Below are positions 1-7,678 of a stretch of DNA of 35,170 bases, piece by piece (position 1 is the first letter of the stretch; every line of letters begins with the position of its first letter). The notes under the pieces are model-generated. The model was not told where the DNA came from, did not search any database, and worked only from the letters and a program-made list of their open reading frames with translations. Source of the stretch: Chlamydiota bacterium (GTDB lineage Bacteria; Chlamydiota; Chlamydiia; Chlamydiales; RGXB01); contig CANLTW010000014.1 of the NCBI GenBank assembly GCA_947494155.1, forward strand, positions 1 through 35,170. The letters run 5' to 3'. Position numbers and translations under genes: made by a program.

Positions 1-89
1 CATTTATGGCTAAGCTAGAAGAGTTTTTGAACTTAAGAGAGCCTGCCCAGGACGAAGCTGACCAGGAAGGAGCTGCCCAGGAAGAGTAG
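1..89 (+). CDS. 3' end of an upstream gene (partial; ...FMAKLEEFLNLREPAQDEADQEGAAQEE*), product unknown
   Basis: Open frame from position 3 to TAG at 87-89, followed closely by a strong terminator hairpin. Confidence 0.6.
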   Translation, partial: FMAKLEEFLNLREPAQDEADQEGAAQEE

Positions 90-113
90 CAAATCGCCTA
101 TCGTTCTAAACAG

Positions 114-140
114 AAAAGGGCCCCCCAAGGGGCCCTTTTT
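114..140 (+). terminator. Intrinsic terminator (A-tract/T-tract flanked, possibly bidirectional)
   Basis: AAAAGGGCCCC-CCAA-GGGGCCCTTTTT perfect stem-loop downstream of the stop at 89. Confidence 0.85.
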
Positions 141-190
141 GAAGCAAGCTTAGATGCAAAAAGTTATAATGTAGGTTAGTAAATACCTCT
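138..190 (+). pseudogene. Orphan extreme C-terminal remnant of an ANK-HECT paralog (FEASLDAKSYNVG*)
   Basis: 141-190 matches 2912-2961 at 42/50 nt; the translation resembles the tail of 337..2688 (VALDSEDYNTG*). Confidence 0.65.
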
Positions 191-268
191 TTCAAGCTAG
201 ATGACTATTATCGTAGTCGTGCGGTGGTGAGGGTGGCTTTTCGTTTCCTTTCAGAGAAAATATCGTTC

Positions 269-302
269 AAATTTTATAAAGATTTAATTTTTTATAAAAT
301 TT
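269..302. promoter_or_regulatory. 12-bp perfect inverted repeat (AAATTTTATAAA-N10-TTTATAAAATTT) upstream of the ANK-HECT gene; possible operator
   Basis: Seen directly, but pure A/T so it could be chance. Confidence 0.3.
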
Positions 303-336
303 TTGTATAGTAGTTCTAAAATTTAGGTATAGTTTT

Positions 337-2688
337 ATGTCTAGCGGGGTAAGACCTAACGACAGTAGAGTTGAAGGATTTGGATGTATAGAACCCGATT
401 CCACATCTAAGGAAATTGGGATCTGGCAAAATTTTCGACAAGCTGTTTCTCAGTCATTAGTAGCAATAACAGCTTTTTTAAGACCTAGCACTTTATTAAA
501 TGGAAGCAAGACACCAACTCAAGCTTACGATCCTCAAACTACTAAACAAGAGAGAATTTCACAGATCCAAACCCTCTTAGAGGGGATCATTGAAGGAGCA
601 GGAGCTCTAGCAGAACATAAAGCCCGTGGGAAGAATCTCCTTCGTGCTGCTTCCTTGGGGCATCTTGATGAGTTAGAGAGTCTTTTGACTGGATATTCTC
701 AAATCAGCGGGGAATATCTTGGCCAGGCAGTGCGTGAAGCGGCTGAAAAAGGGCACCTGCAGGTTTTGAACAGACTTCTTTCAGGTCAAGTCAAAATTGA
801 CCAAGAGTTTGTAGGATGTGCATATACTTTAGCAGCTAGGAACGGTCATACAGGTGTGATCAGTAGGCTTCTTGAAAGCTATCCTCGAATTCCCGGATAT
901 TCACGGGATATGGCGGTACTTGAGGCAGCGGTAAAGGGTCATTCGAATGTAGTAAGGTTGCTCCTTAAGGATAATGTAAAAATTGATCGAGATACACATG
1001 ATACGGCGGTACGTAAAGCAGCCGGGAAGGGGCATGTCGGTGTAATTGAGGTTCTTTTTGAAATTGATTCAGAAATTAGCACGAAAATTCGAGGATTGGC
1101 GGTACGTGAAGCAGCTGAAATAGGACATTTAGGTGTTATCAATTTGCTTTTAGAGGGCAGTGCTCAAATTAGCGAAGAACATCGTGGTTACGCTGTAGTA
1201 GAAGCGGCTAGAAATGGGCATCTGGATGCGCTCAACAGGCTTCTTGACGGTGATGCACGGATTCCTAGGTATGTGCGTGATCAGGCCTTAAGTGCAGCAG
1301 CTGGAAATGGGAACTTGAACATAATCAACAGACTTCTTGAGGACAGCGCTCAAATAAGTCATCAGTATCGTGGAAATGCTTTAATTCAAGCAGCTTTGAA
1401 TGGTCATTTTTCTGTTATGAGGTGTCTCATGAGAGATAGCAACGATCATATAATAACATTTGAGGAAAATATTATTGAGAGCGCACTCAATATAAGGCAT
1501 TTATCCCGCGGTATCCAACTAGCTACACTTTTTAGTACAATTTACCAAAATGTTCGCTCGATAACACCGAGATTCCAGAACATTCTTTTTGATCGTATCA
1601 GTACCTTAGAGCAGCAACAACAACAAACCCTAAGAGATATGATCACCATGATCCCAGTCCAAGAAGAACCTACAGCTAGTTTGCAAGACTTCATAGCTCT
1701 TCCTGGAACGTTATATGTGCCAAGCTGGAAAGATTTGGAAAGCAATCCTCTTGGATATTTAAGAGCTATGGTTGAAATGGACTTCCAACGGGTTTGTTTT
1801 TCTGATGGAAAAGCTATTGATTTAGGTGGATTAACAAAAGAATTTGTAAACAGATTGATTTTAGGCCTCAATAAGAAAAAATTCATTGTAACACACGAAA
1901 TACTAAGTCAGGTCCTTCTCCCAATTGCAGAAACTGAGGAGCAAAAAGAAGCGTTAACCTTATTTGGTCGTTTACTTACTGATCTACACACAAGAAATAG
2001 CGTAAGAAAGGACAAAATCATGATACCTAGAATTTTGGATCCGAATTTTTTTGACGCTATATGCAAGAAAGAAAACGAAAAGCTAAATTTAATAGATTGT
2101 CATACTTGGCTCAGAAATGTATGGAAAAATCCCCAGAGCAGTAACTCGATTCAATCTGTTTCAAGCCTCTTAGAGGGTAAAAATAAAAGCGAGCAAGAGA
2201 TTTTGACTTTGATTTTAGATTGGAAAAGTTCGGTAATTTTGGCGTTTGAGTGTATAGATCGGGGTATCGGTCCAACTTTAAGAGAAGCTATGAGAGATCA
2301 GAAAGGTTGCTTAGCTCTAGGAAGAGAATTTTTTGGACAAGAGATAAATGCTAAACTGGTGCTTGAAAAGTTAGAAATTTTGCCTCCTGCAGAGCAACAT
2401 TTACGACAAAATTTTGATCTGATGATACACTGGTTTAAAGAATGGATTAATCAAGCACACCCGAACGATTTAGAAAGGTTTGTATTTTGCGTTACAGCAA
2501 ATAGATCTTTAGGGGAGGGTAATATAGTTCTAAAACCAAACTTTTCTAACGGAAATCGTGGTACCGCTTTGGAAATACATACCTGTTTTAATTCTTTGGA
2601 TTTCCCGTATTTACCTGGTATCACTAAGGAATTATTTTTGGATGCTCTAAACGTCGCTCTAGATTCTGAGGATTATAATACGGGCTAA
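337..2688 (+). CDS. Ankyrin-repeat protein with C-terminal eukaryote-type HECT E3 ubiquitin ligase domain (putative secreted effector)
   Basis: About 9 ankyrin-like repeats (AAxxGHxxVxxLL). HECT N-lobe motif FSDGKAIDLGGLTKEFV, LFGRLL. C-lobe LERFVFCVTA and catalytic motif EIHTCFNSLDFP (Cys750, codon 2584-2586). Aromatic residue at -4 (YNTG*). Confidence 0.85.
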   Translation: MSSGVRPNDSRVEGFGCIEPDSTSKEIGIWQNFRQAVSQSLVAITAFLRPSTLLNGSKTPTQAYDPQTTKQERISQIQTLLEGIIEGAGALAEHKARGKNLLRAASLGHLDELESLLTGYSQISGEYLGQAVREAAEKGHLQVLNRLLSGQVKIDQEFVGCAYTLAARNGHTGVISRLLESYPRIPGYSRDMAVLEAAVKGHSNVVRLLLKDNVKIDRDTHDTAVRKAAGKGHVGVIEVLFEIDSEISTKIRGLAVREAAEIGHLGVINLLLEGSAQISEEHRGYAVVEAARNGHLDALNRLLDGDARIPRYVRDQALSAAAGNGNLNIINRLLEDSAQISHQYRGNALIQAALNGHFSVMRCLMRDSNDHIITFEENIIESALNIRHLSRGIQLATLFSTIYQNVRSITPRFQNILFDRISTLEQQQQQTLRDMITMIPVQEEPTASLQDFIALPGTLYVPSWKDLESNPLGYLRAMVEMDFQRVCFSDGKAIDLGGLTKEFVNRLILGLNKKKFIVTHEILSQVLLPIAETEEQKEALTLFGRLLTDLHTRNSVRKDKIMIPRILDPNFFDAICKKENEKLNLIDCHTWLRNVWKNPQSSNSIQSVSSLLEGKNKSEQEILTLILDWKSSVILAFECIDRGIGPTLREAMRDQKGCLALGREFFGQEINAKLVLEKLEILPPAEQHLRQNFDLMIHWFKEWINQAHPNDLERFVFCVTANRSLGEGNIVLKPNFSNGNRGTALEIHTCFNSLDFPYLPGITKELFLDALNVALDSEDYNTG

Positions 2689-2699
2689 CAAATACCAAT

Positions 2700-2950
2700 A
2701 AAAAATAGATAAATAAAGCTAATCCAGAGCAACTAGAAGAATTTTTACATCGTAAAACCGGACTAAAAATTTGGGTATGGGGAAAATGAATATTCGGCAA
2801 AATACCCGTTCTTGGTAGGCGAGTGCGGCCATAGAAATACATACCTGCTCAAATTCGATAGATCTGCCGCGGGTAGATAATATGGACCAAGAAAGGTTTA
2901 ATCAAGCCTTGGAAGCAAGATTAGAACAAAAAAGTTATAATGTCGGCTAG
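2700..2950 (+). pseudogene. Degenerate HECT C-lobe remnant
   Basis: Translates K*INKANPEQLEEFLHRKTGLK / frameshift near 2770 / LGMGKMNIRQNTRSW*ASAAIEIHTCSNSIDLPRVDNMDQERFNQALEARLEQKSYNVG*, colinear with the last ~82 aa of 337..2688; two in-frame stops and one frameshift. Confidence 0.85.
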
Positions 2951-3079
2951 TAAACATCTCTTTTTTGGGTGGATATCTATTTAACTTATTGATTCTCAGT
3001 ATAGTAAAAACAGCACAAAAATCCCTTTACAAAGTTTATGAAATAATTTATTTATTATTTATTTTGTAGAGGGAATCAC

Positions 3080-4771
3080 ATGTCGATTGGGCCAGGGGGG
3101 CACGTTGGACCTTCAGCTTTTGGGGAAAGGGAAAAAACAACTCATTCTGGAATGAATCCAAGCGAAAAAAAAATTCAATGGGTCGTGTTGGCGGCCTTTG
3201 GGGATCTTAAAGCTATTAATATTCACCTTGAAAAAGGGACTCCAATTACCAATCAAGAAAGGTCTTTGGCCATTAAAGCCGCCGCTAGGAATGGTCTTGA
3301 ACAGGTAATTGACAGGTTTTTGGCGGGTTTTGAAATGCCTGAAAAGGAAAGGATAGAAGCCATAAAAATAGCAGCGGGGCAAGGGAAAGAGGGTGCTATC
3401 GACAGGCTACTAAGGGCGTTTGAAATGCCTGAAAAGGAAAGGATAGAAGCCATAAAAATAGCAGCGGAGCACGGGCAAGAGGGTGCTGTGAATAGGCTAC
3501 TAGAGGGATTTAAAATGCCTACGTGGGGCTGTGTCTCGGCGGTAAAATTGGCTGCAGAAAATGGGAACATTAGAGTGATAGAGAGATTGCTTCAGGAAAC
3601 AACAATAAACCCAGACGATCTCTCTAACCCTATAAATTATGCTTTTCTCCACGCAACACAAAAAGGGCACAATGCTGTTGTGGGGTGGCTTCTTGAGAAG
3701 TGCCCAAATATCAACCCTTCTATTCGGGGCAGGCTAGTAACTGTAGCAGCTGAAAAAGGGCTGAGCTTGCTAATTGAAAGGCTTTTGCAAAATGGGGGAT
3801 TGACCAGCCGGGCTGCACGTGGTGGGGGAGTGATCAGCCGGGGTGTACGTGGTGAAGCTTTGAGACAAGCAGCGATACACGGGCATCTTCAGGTAATTCA
3901 AAGGCTTCTACAGGATGAGGATCAGATTTTACCCGTTTATCGCGGTCAAGCAATAGTAGCAGCGGCAGCAAATGGTCATTGCGAAGTTGTACCATGTCTT
4001 ATGCGAAATTCTAATGGCGATATCATAGATATTGAAGAAGAGCATCTTTTCAAAGCTTTAGATGCTCACAAAAATGCAAAACCGGAACAGATCTCTTACA
4101 ACATAGGGAGGCTTGGAACGGTATTTTTAGAGAATTCCAGAGCTCTTTCGGAAGATTTTATTTTGTATCTATATCAACTCATGGACGAAGAAGACGGGGT
4201 ACTAAGAATACCTATCATAACACATCTTGTCAGATACCCTCTAGATTACTTGAGGAGCTACTGCAAAAGAGGTTTTCCTGAAGTAAGGGTTGTGGACCCA
4301 AATGCAAACTTACCGAATAACTCGCACCAGATGCTTTTTAATATACTTTTTTTAAGCCTAGAAGCTCATAAACTCCTAACTGCAGGTGAGGATCCACGGT
4401 TTAATGGCCAAAAATTACCTGTTGCAAAAACTGATGAACAAAAAGAGGCATTATCTCTTTTTGGTCAACTTTTAACCTATTTGCACAAGATCTACAAAGA
4501 GAGTGGCGTTGCTATTGAAATTCCTAGCGGAATTTTCCGTAGAGATCTTTTATCTATAATAGGTAAGAGTTCTGAAAATATGCTTGAATTAACAGATTGT
4601 AGCGAAGAGATTAAGCAAATATGGAAAAGCCCACAAACTGAAGAGGAACAATCTTGGAAACAATCGGTTATCGCGGCTATTCAATGTATAGATCGAGGCA
4701 TCGGTCCGGAACTAAGACAAGCTTTAGATGGGGATAGTGCATTTTTAGGTGAAAGGTTTTTTGAAGATTAG
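3080..4771 (+). CDS. Ankyrin-repeat protein, paralog of 337..2688, with a degenerate HECT N-lobe and no catalytic C-lobe
   Basis: Ankyrin repeats; shared blocks LPVAKTDEQKEALSLFGQLL and WKQSVIAAIQCIDRGIGPELRQA. It stops at LGERFFED, where the paralog continues LGREFFGQE... into the C-lobe. RBS GAGGGA. Confidence 0.85.
   Translation: MSIGPGGHVGPSAFGEREKTTHSGMNPSEKKIQWVVLAAFGDLKAINIHLEKGTPITNQERSLAIKAAARNGLEQVIDRFLAGFEMPEKERIEAIKIAAGQGKEGAIDRLLRAFEMPEKERIEAIKIAAEHGQEGAVNRLLEGFKMPTWGCVSAVKLAAENGNIRVIERLLQETTINPDDLSNPINYAFLHATQKGHNAVVGWLLEKCPNINPSIRGRLVTVAAEKGLSLLIERLLQNGGLTSRAARGGGVISRGVRGEALRQAAIHGHLQVIQRLLQDEDQILPVYRGQAIVAAAANGHCEVVPCLMRNSNGDIIDIEEEHLFKALDAHKNAKPEQISYNIGRLGTVFLENSRALSEDFILYLYQLMDEEDGVLRIPIITHLVRYPLDYLRSYCKRGFPEVRVVDPNANLPNNSHQMLFNILFLSLEAHKLLTAGEDPRFNGQKLPVAKTDEQKEALSLFGQLLTYLHKIYKESGVAIEIPSGIFRRDLLSIIGKSSENMLELTDCSEEIKQIWKSPQTEEEQSWKQSVIAAIQCIDRGIGPELRQALDGDSAFLGERFFED
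3329..3467 (+). repeat. 90-bp-period tandem duplication inside the ankyrin array
   Basis: 3329-3377 is identical to 3419-3467 (49 bp; FEMPEKERIEAIKIAA twice). Confidence 0.9.
3794..3853 (+). repeat. 30-bp tandem duplication (GGLTSRAARG / GGVISRGVRG)
   Basis: Two adjacent near-identical 30-mers. Confidence 0.75.
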
Positions 4772-4798
4772 CACGCAAAGAATAAAGGAACTATTTAT

Positions 4799-4911
4799 AT
4801 GCAAAATAACACTGGTTATAACATGCAAAAGAAACCAAAAAAAATGATGCAAAGAAAACTGTTGGCAACAAGAAAGTTTTGGGAGGTTTTTTTGGGACAT
4901 TGGATTATTGA
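4799..4911 (+). pseudogene. Lys-rich double-glycine-leader peptide, frameshifted at an A8 run (restored: MQNNTGYNMQKKPKKNDAKKTVGNKKVLGG-FFGTLDY*)
   Basis: RBS AAGGA before ATG 4799. Adding one A to the run at 4837-4844 gives a KKVLGG motif like neighbouring small ORFs. As read, the frame continues to 4954 (51 aa). Confidence 0.45.
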
Positions 4912-4956
4912 CATTTTTATAAATAAATATATATACAGAGGAGAAGGAGTATAAGT

Positions 4957-5067
4957 ATGAAAAAACTTCCAAAGGGAAAGAAATTGTCCAAAAAGAAAAA
5001 AGTTGTAAAAGGTGGGAAATCACCTGGTAAGATGGGGAAGCCGGGCCAATGTATCTTTACTTACTAA
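4957..5067 (+). CDS. 36-aa Lys-rich peptide with double-glycine (bacteriocin-type) leader: MKKLPKGKKLSKKKKVVKGG-KSPGKMGKPGQCIFTY
   Basis: Strong RBS (GAGGAGAAGGAG) and TTGACA at 4908-4913; KKLSK....VKGG resembles the GG-leader consensus; below the ORF-track cutoff. Confidence 0.65.
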   Translation: MKKLPKGKKLSKKKKVVKGGKSPGKMGKPGQCIFTY

Positions 5068-5541
5068 TTAGCCGGAAAAGTTCCAGTATTGATCAATTGG
5101 AATACCGGTTATGCGAGCACAGATGAATTGATACGAATGCTCTCTATAAAATCGCTATTCACATCGCGAGGAATTTCTTGATCATGAACCTCATTTTGAG
5201 TCGGGCGGTATCGAACCTTTGCTATTTATTATAGAGGATTTTTATGCAGACTTTTGGCCCCCAAATCCACAAGCTCTATTTTGAGCCATTTTGGGTTAGA
5301 CGGTTTGTCCGAGGATGTGAACGCTCTTGTGCTGTGTAAATGTAGTAGCGAACACCTACCAAAATTTATTCCGCTTTTTGGTTTCAACTAATCTGAATAT
5401 TTTGCATAAGGCCCATTATCAGACGTTGAAAGGGCGAGAAAAAGGGGGTAAATTAGAAAAAAAAGGTGTTGCCATACCCCCCAACTACAATCAATCGATT
5501 ATAGAGCAAAAGAAAGAGTTTTTCATTTAAAAAGCGCTTTT

Positions 5542-6708
5542 TTAGTCTTTTAGAAGCTCTTGAGCGACAAGATCTAGCTTATCTTTGTTCCTCTCAAGGA
5601 TTTTTTGTGCAAATAGATCTATTTTATTCATATTTTTGGTGGAAAAATCTAAAGGATCGATGTTAAGCCATTTATTGTCCTCTTTTACTCCAATAGTTAC
5701 CAGGGTATCGAAGGCATAGACATTATTTTTCGTGAGAATCTCGATATAATCTCCAATTAGCTCACTTCTCCCCTCAGTTATCATAGTGCCTAATTCATCA
5801 ATTCCAGCAATCTTTCCTACGTAATAGGGAAAATTGGGATTCTCTTTGGTCATTTTTGGGATTAAGGAGATGTGCGTAACGAGCAACTTTTTACCGGGAT
5901 ACTGAGCTGAAGTTGTCAAAATTATGGATAATAGTGGGTTATCTATGATAACAGCTGCATCTGCTACAAGTTGGGGTTCGCCTCCCGATTTTAAAACTAA
6001 TTTATTTGCAGGAGAAATTCCATACGGTGATGTTGTTCCCCCAATAAACTGATAACCTACCGGGTTAACGCTACGAAAGTTAGATCTCCTATTGTTTGCT
6101 AAAATGACTTCATTCGAGTTGAGATTGTACCCATAAATTATGATATGATTCAGACATTCGCTCAGAAGGAAGTCCCCTGTTAACTGTCTAAGCTGCTCGA
6201 TAAAATCCTGATTTTCTATCATTGGCAAAAACAGCCCAAAACCCGATAGAATTTTATGTGAATAACTGGATTGAAGTGTTTCTGAGGTTATCTTTTTAAA
6301 TATGGGAATGAGTTTTTCAGCACTATATTTAGGGCCCTTCTCACCAGGAATAGACAGAGCAAAAGCTAAAAGCGATCCAACAGAGGTTCCCCCAATTACG
6401 TCGTAAAGATCAGAGATCGACTTTTTAGTTTTCTGTTCTAGATACTCCATAACACGCAGAGCATAAAGACCTTTAGCCCCTCCCCCATCAATAACCAAAA
6501 GGTGGATACTGTCTTTTTCAGTTTTACGAACAGCAGGAAGCTCTTGATCCTTATTTTCAAAGATCTTTTGAGCAATCATCTTCTCTTTTTGAAAGAATGT
6601 CTCATAAGAGGATATGCGATTGTTTTTATAGATATAAAAAGTAACAGTACAACCCGTTAATAGAAGGAAAAAAACAAAAAAAAGGCGAACTAAAATTTTT
6701 ATTCTCAT
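5542..6708 (-). CDS. Patatin-like phospholipase with N-terminal membrane anchor (copy 1)
   Basis: DGGGAKG, GTSVG and ADAA motifs. Start moved from GTG 6825 to ATG 6708 (MRIKILVRL...), giving 388 aa like its paralogs. Confidence 0.9.
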   Translation of the reverse strand: MRIKILVRLFFVFFLLLTGCTVTFYIYKNNRISSYETFFQKEKMIAQKIFENKDQELPAVRKTEKDSIHLLVIDGGGAKGLYALRVMEYLEQKTKKSISDLYDVIGGTSVGSLLAFALSIPGEKGPKYSAEKLIPIFKKITSETLQSSYSHKILSGFGLFLPMIENQDFIEQLRQLTGDFLLSECLNHIIIYGYNLNSNEVILANNRRSNFRSVNPVGYQFIGGTTSPYGISPANKLVLKSGGEPQLVADAAVIIDNPLLSIILTTSAQYPGKKLLVTHISLIPKMTKENPNFPYYVGKIAGIDELGTMITEGRSELIGDYIEILTKNNVYAFDTLVTIGVKEDNKWLNIDPLDFSTKNMNKIDLFAQKILERNKDKLDLVAQELLKD

Positions 6709-6844
6709 AGAATCCGGATAAGCCAAAAGCAACAAAACTATCAAGTTAAATTGGATGAAACCAGTGATCGATCTTAGTTTGTAAAAACCTAATATTGAAA
6801 AAAAGTAAATATTTATCTTATTCACAGTTTAAAAGGTGAAGGAT

Positions 6845-7072
6845 ATGAAAAAGCAACCAAAACAAAAAAAAGATCAATTCTTAGAGGCTAGTACAAAATC
6901 TAAACGCAATAAAATTAGGGGGGGGTTCTCAGAACCCGATTCTCTAGATATAGTTGAAATTGGAATAGCTCATTTTGACGAGGGAAAATCTAGAGCTGCA
7001 GTAAAAGAAGAGTTTTCATGGGCAGATCCGGCTGACATAGATCAAATCTTAGATAGAGGACCACCGAAATAA
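6845..7072 (+). CDS. 75-aa peptide with Lys-rich double-glycine leader (MKKQPKQKKDQFLEASTKSKRNKIRGG-) and acidic core
   Basis: RBS AAGGTGAAGGA before ATG 6845; the RGG codons contain a G8 run (6918-6925); basic leader and acidic core. Confidence 0.65.
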   Translation: MKKQPKQKKDQFLEASTKSKRNKIRGGFSEPDSLDIVEIGIAHFDEGKSRAAVKEEFSWADPADIDQILDRGPPK

Positions 7073-7537
7073 TCCTCGTGGCTAGTACTAAATCCTAAGG
7101 CAAAAACACGAAAAACTTCCAGTGGTAAAAGGAAAGATAATAGGGAGGTATAGGAATTTCTTCTTCGCTTAGTTAGTGTTCCATTCTGTTCATCAGAGGC
7201 TTAACCCATCCACCTTAGATAGTTGATTGTTTATGTTGAAAATTATAAATAATTATTGTATTTGGAATTAAAGGTGAGGAATATGAAAAACCAGAAAAAA
7301 AATGAAATAAATCCTCAAAAGTTACTACTAAAACCCCTTTTAAAAACTCAAAGAGTTCTAGGGGAAAATTTGATCCATATGATTGCTGTTGGACTGCAGC
7401 TGACAAAGAAATGATCTTGACAAGGAAATGATAAAGAAATTTACTAGGCGTTGACGAAAGGTTTACCGGATTTGGCATTTCTTTTTGATTAGGTATGACA
7501 ATATTGGTTCGATACGGGCTAGTACTAAATCTAAACG
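6887..7537 (+). repeat. Three dispersed copies of a ~20-bp motif GCTAGTAC(A/T)AAATC(T/C)(A/T)AA(C/G)G at 6887, 7081 and 7518
   Basis: 6887-6906 vs 7518-7537 match 19/20; the 7081 copy shares its first 14 nt with 7518; encodes ASTKS of the leader. Confidence 0.75.
7283..7431 (+). pseudogene. Lys-rich double-glycine-leader peptide, frameshifted at a G4 run (restored: MKNQKKNEINPQKLLLKPLLKTQRVLGG-KFDPYDCCWTAADKEMILTRK*)
   Basis: Upstream AAAGGTGAGGAATATGAAAAA closely mirrors AAAGGTGAAGGATATGAAAAA of 6845. Adding one G at 7361-7364 restores GG and a tail resembling WADPADIDQILDR. As read: 43 aa ending at 7414. Confidence 0.5.
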
Positions 7538-7613
7538 GTAAAAAAAAGGGGGGATGCCTGGTAGTATCCCCTCACGGCAAAAAAACAGTATAATGTTCAT
7601 CGTTCAAAATTAG
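7518..7613 (+). pseudogene. Remnant of a GG-leader peptide gene (ASTKSKR*KKGG-MPGSIPSRQKNSIMFIVQN*)
   Basis: Nucleotide similarity to 6887-6925 with an in-frame TAA. Confidence 0.4.
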
Positions 7614-7678
7614 CCATTTGGTATTCATGCTCTGATTGCCCAGATTGTTATGAATAATAATTGTGTCAAAAACAGTGA

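Noticed and set aside
2624..2842. 72-aa minus-strand ORF
   Set aside because: It is the antisense shadow of the HECT gene end and the C-lobe remnant
4957..5067. Histone-like Hc1/Hc2 fragment or small ribosomal protein
   Set aside because: No recognisable family motif; similarity to neighbouring GG-containing small ORFs explains it better
5068..5541. ORF 5327..5530 or a pseudogene in this gap, and an imperfect inverted repeat at 5072-5110
   Set aside because: TTG start without RBS, no recognisable motif in the plus-strand frames I translated, and the hairpin is too imperfect to call
6709..6825. 39-aa N-terminal extension of patatin copy 1
   Set aside because: Paralogs begin at the equivalent of ATG 6708; this AT-rich stretch is more likely the divergent promoter region
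6887..7537. CRISPR array from the thrice-repeated 20-mer
   Set aside because: Spacing is irregular (194 and 437 bp), one copy is coding, and there are no cas genes
7495..7593. 32-aa ORF MTILVRYGLVLNLNGKKKGGCLVVSPHGKKTV
   Set aside because: Poor RBS spacing, and the homology to the 6845 leader lies in a different frame that contains a stop
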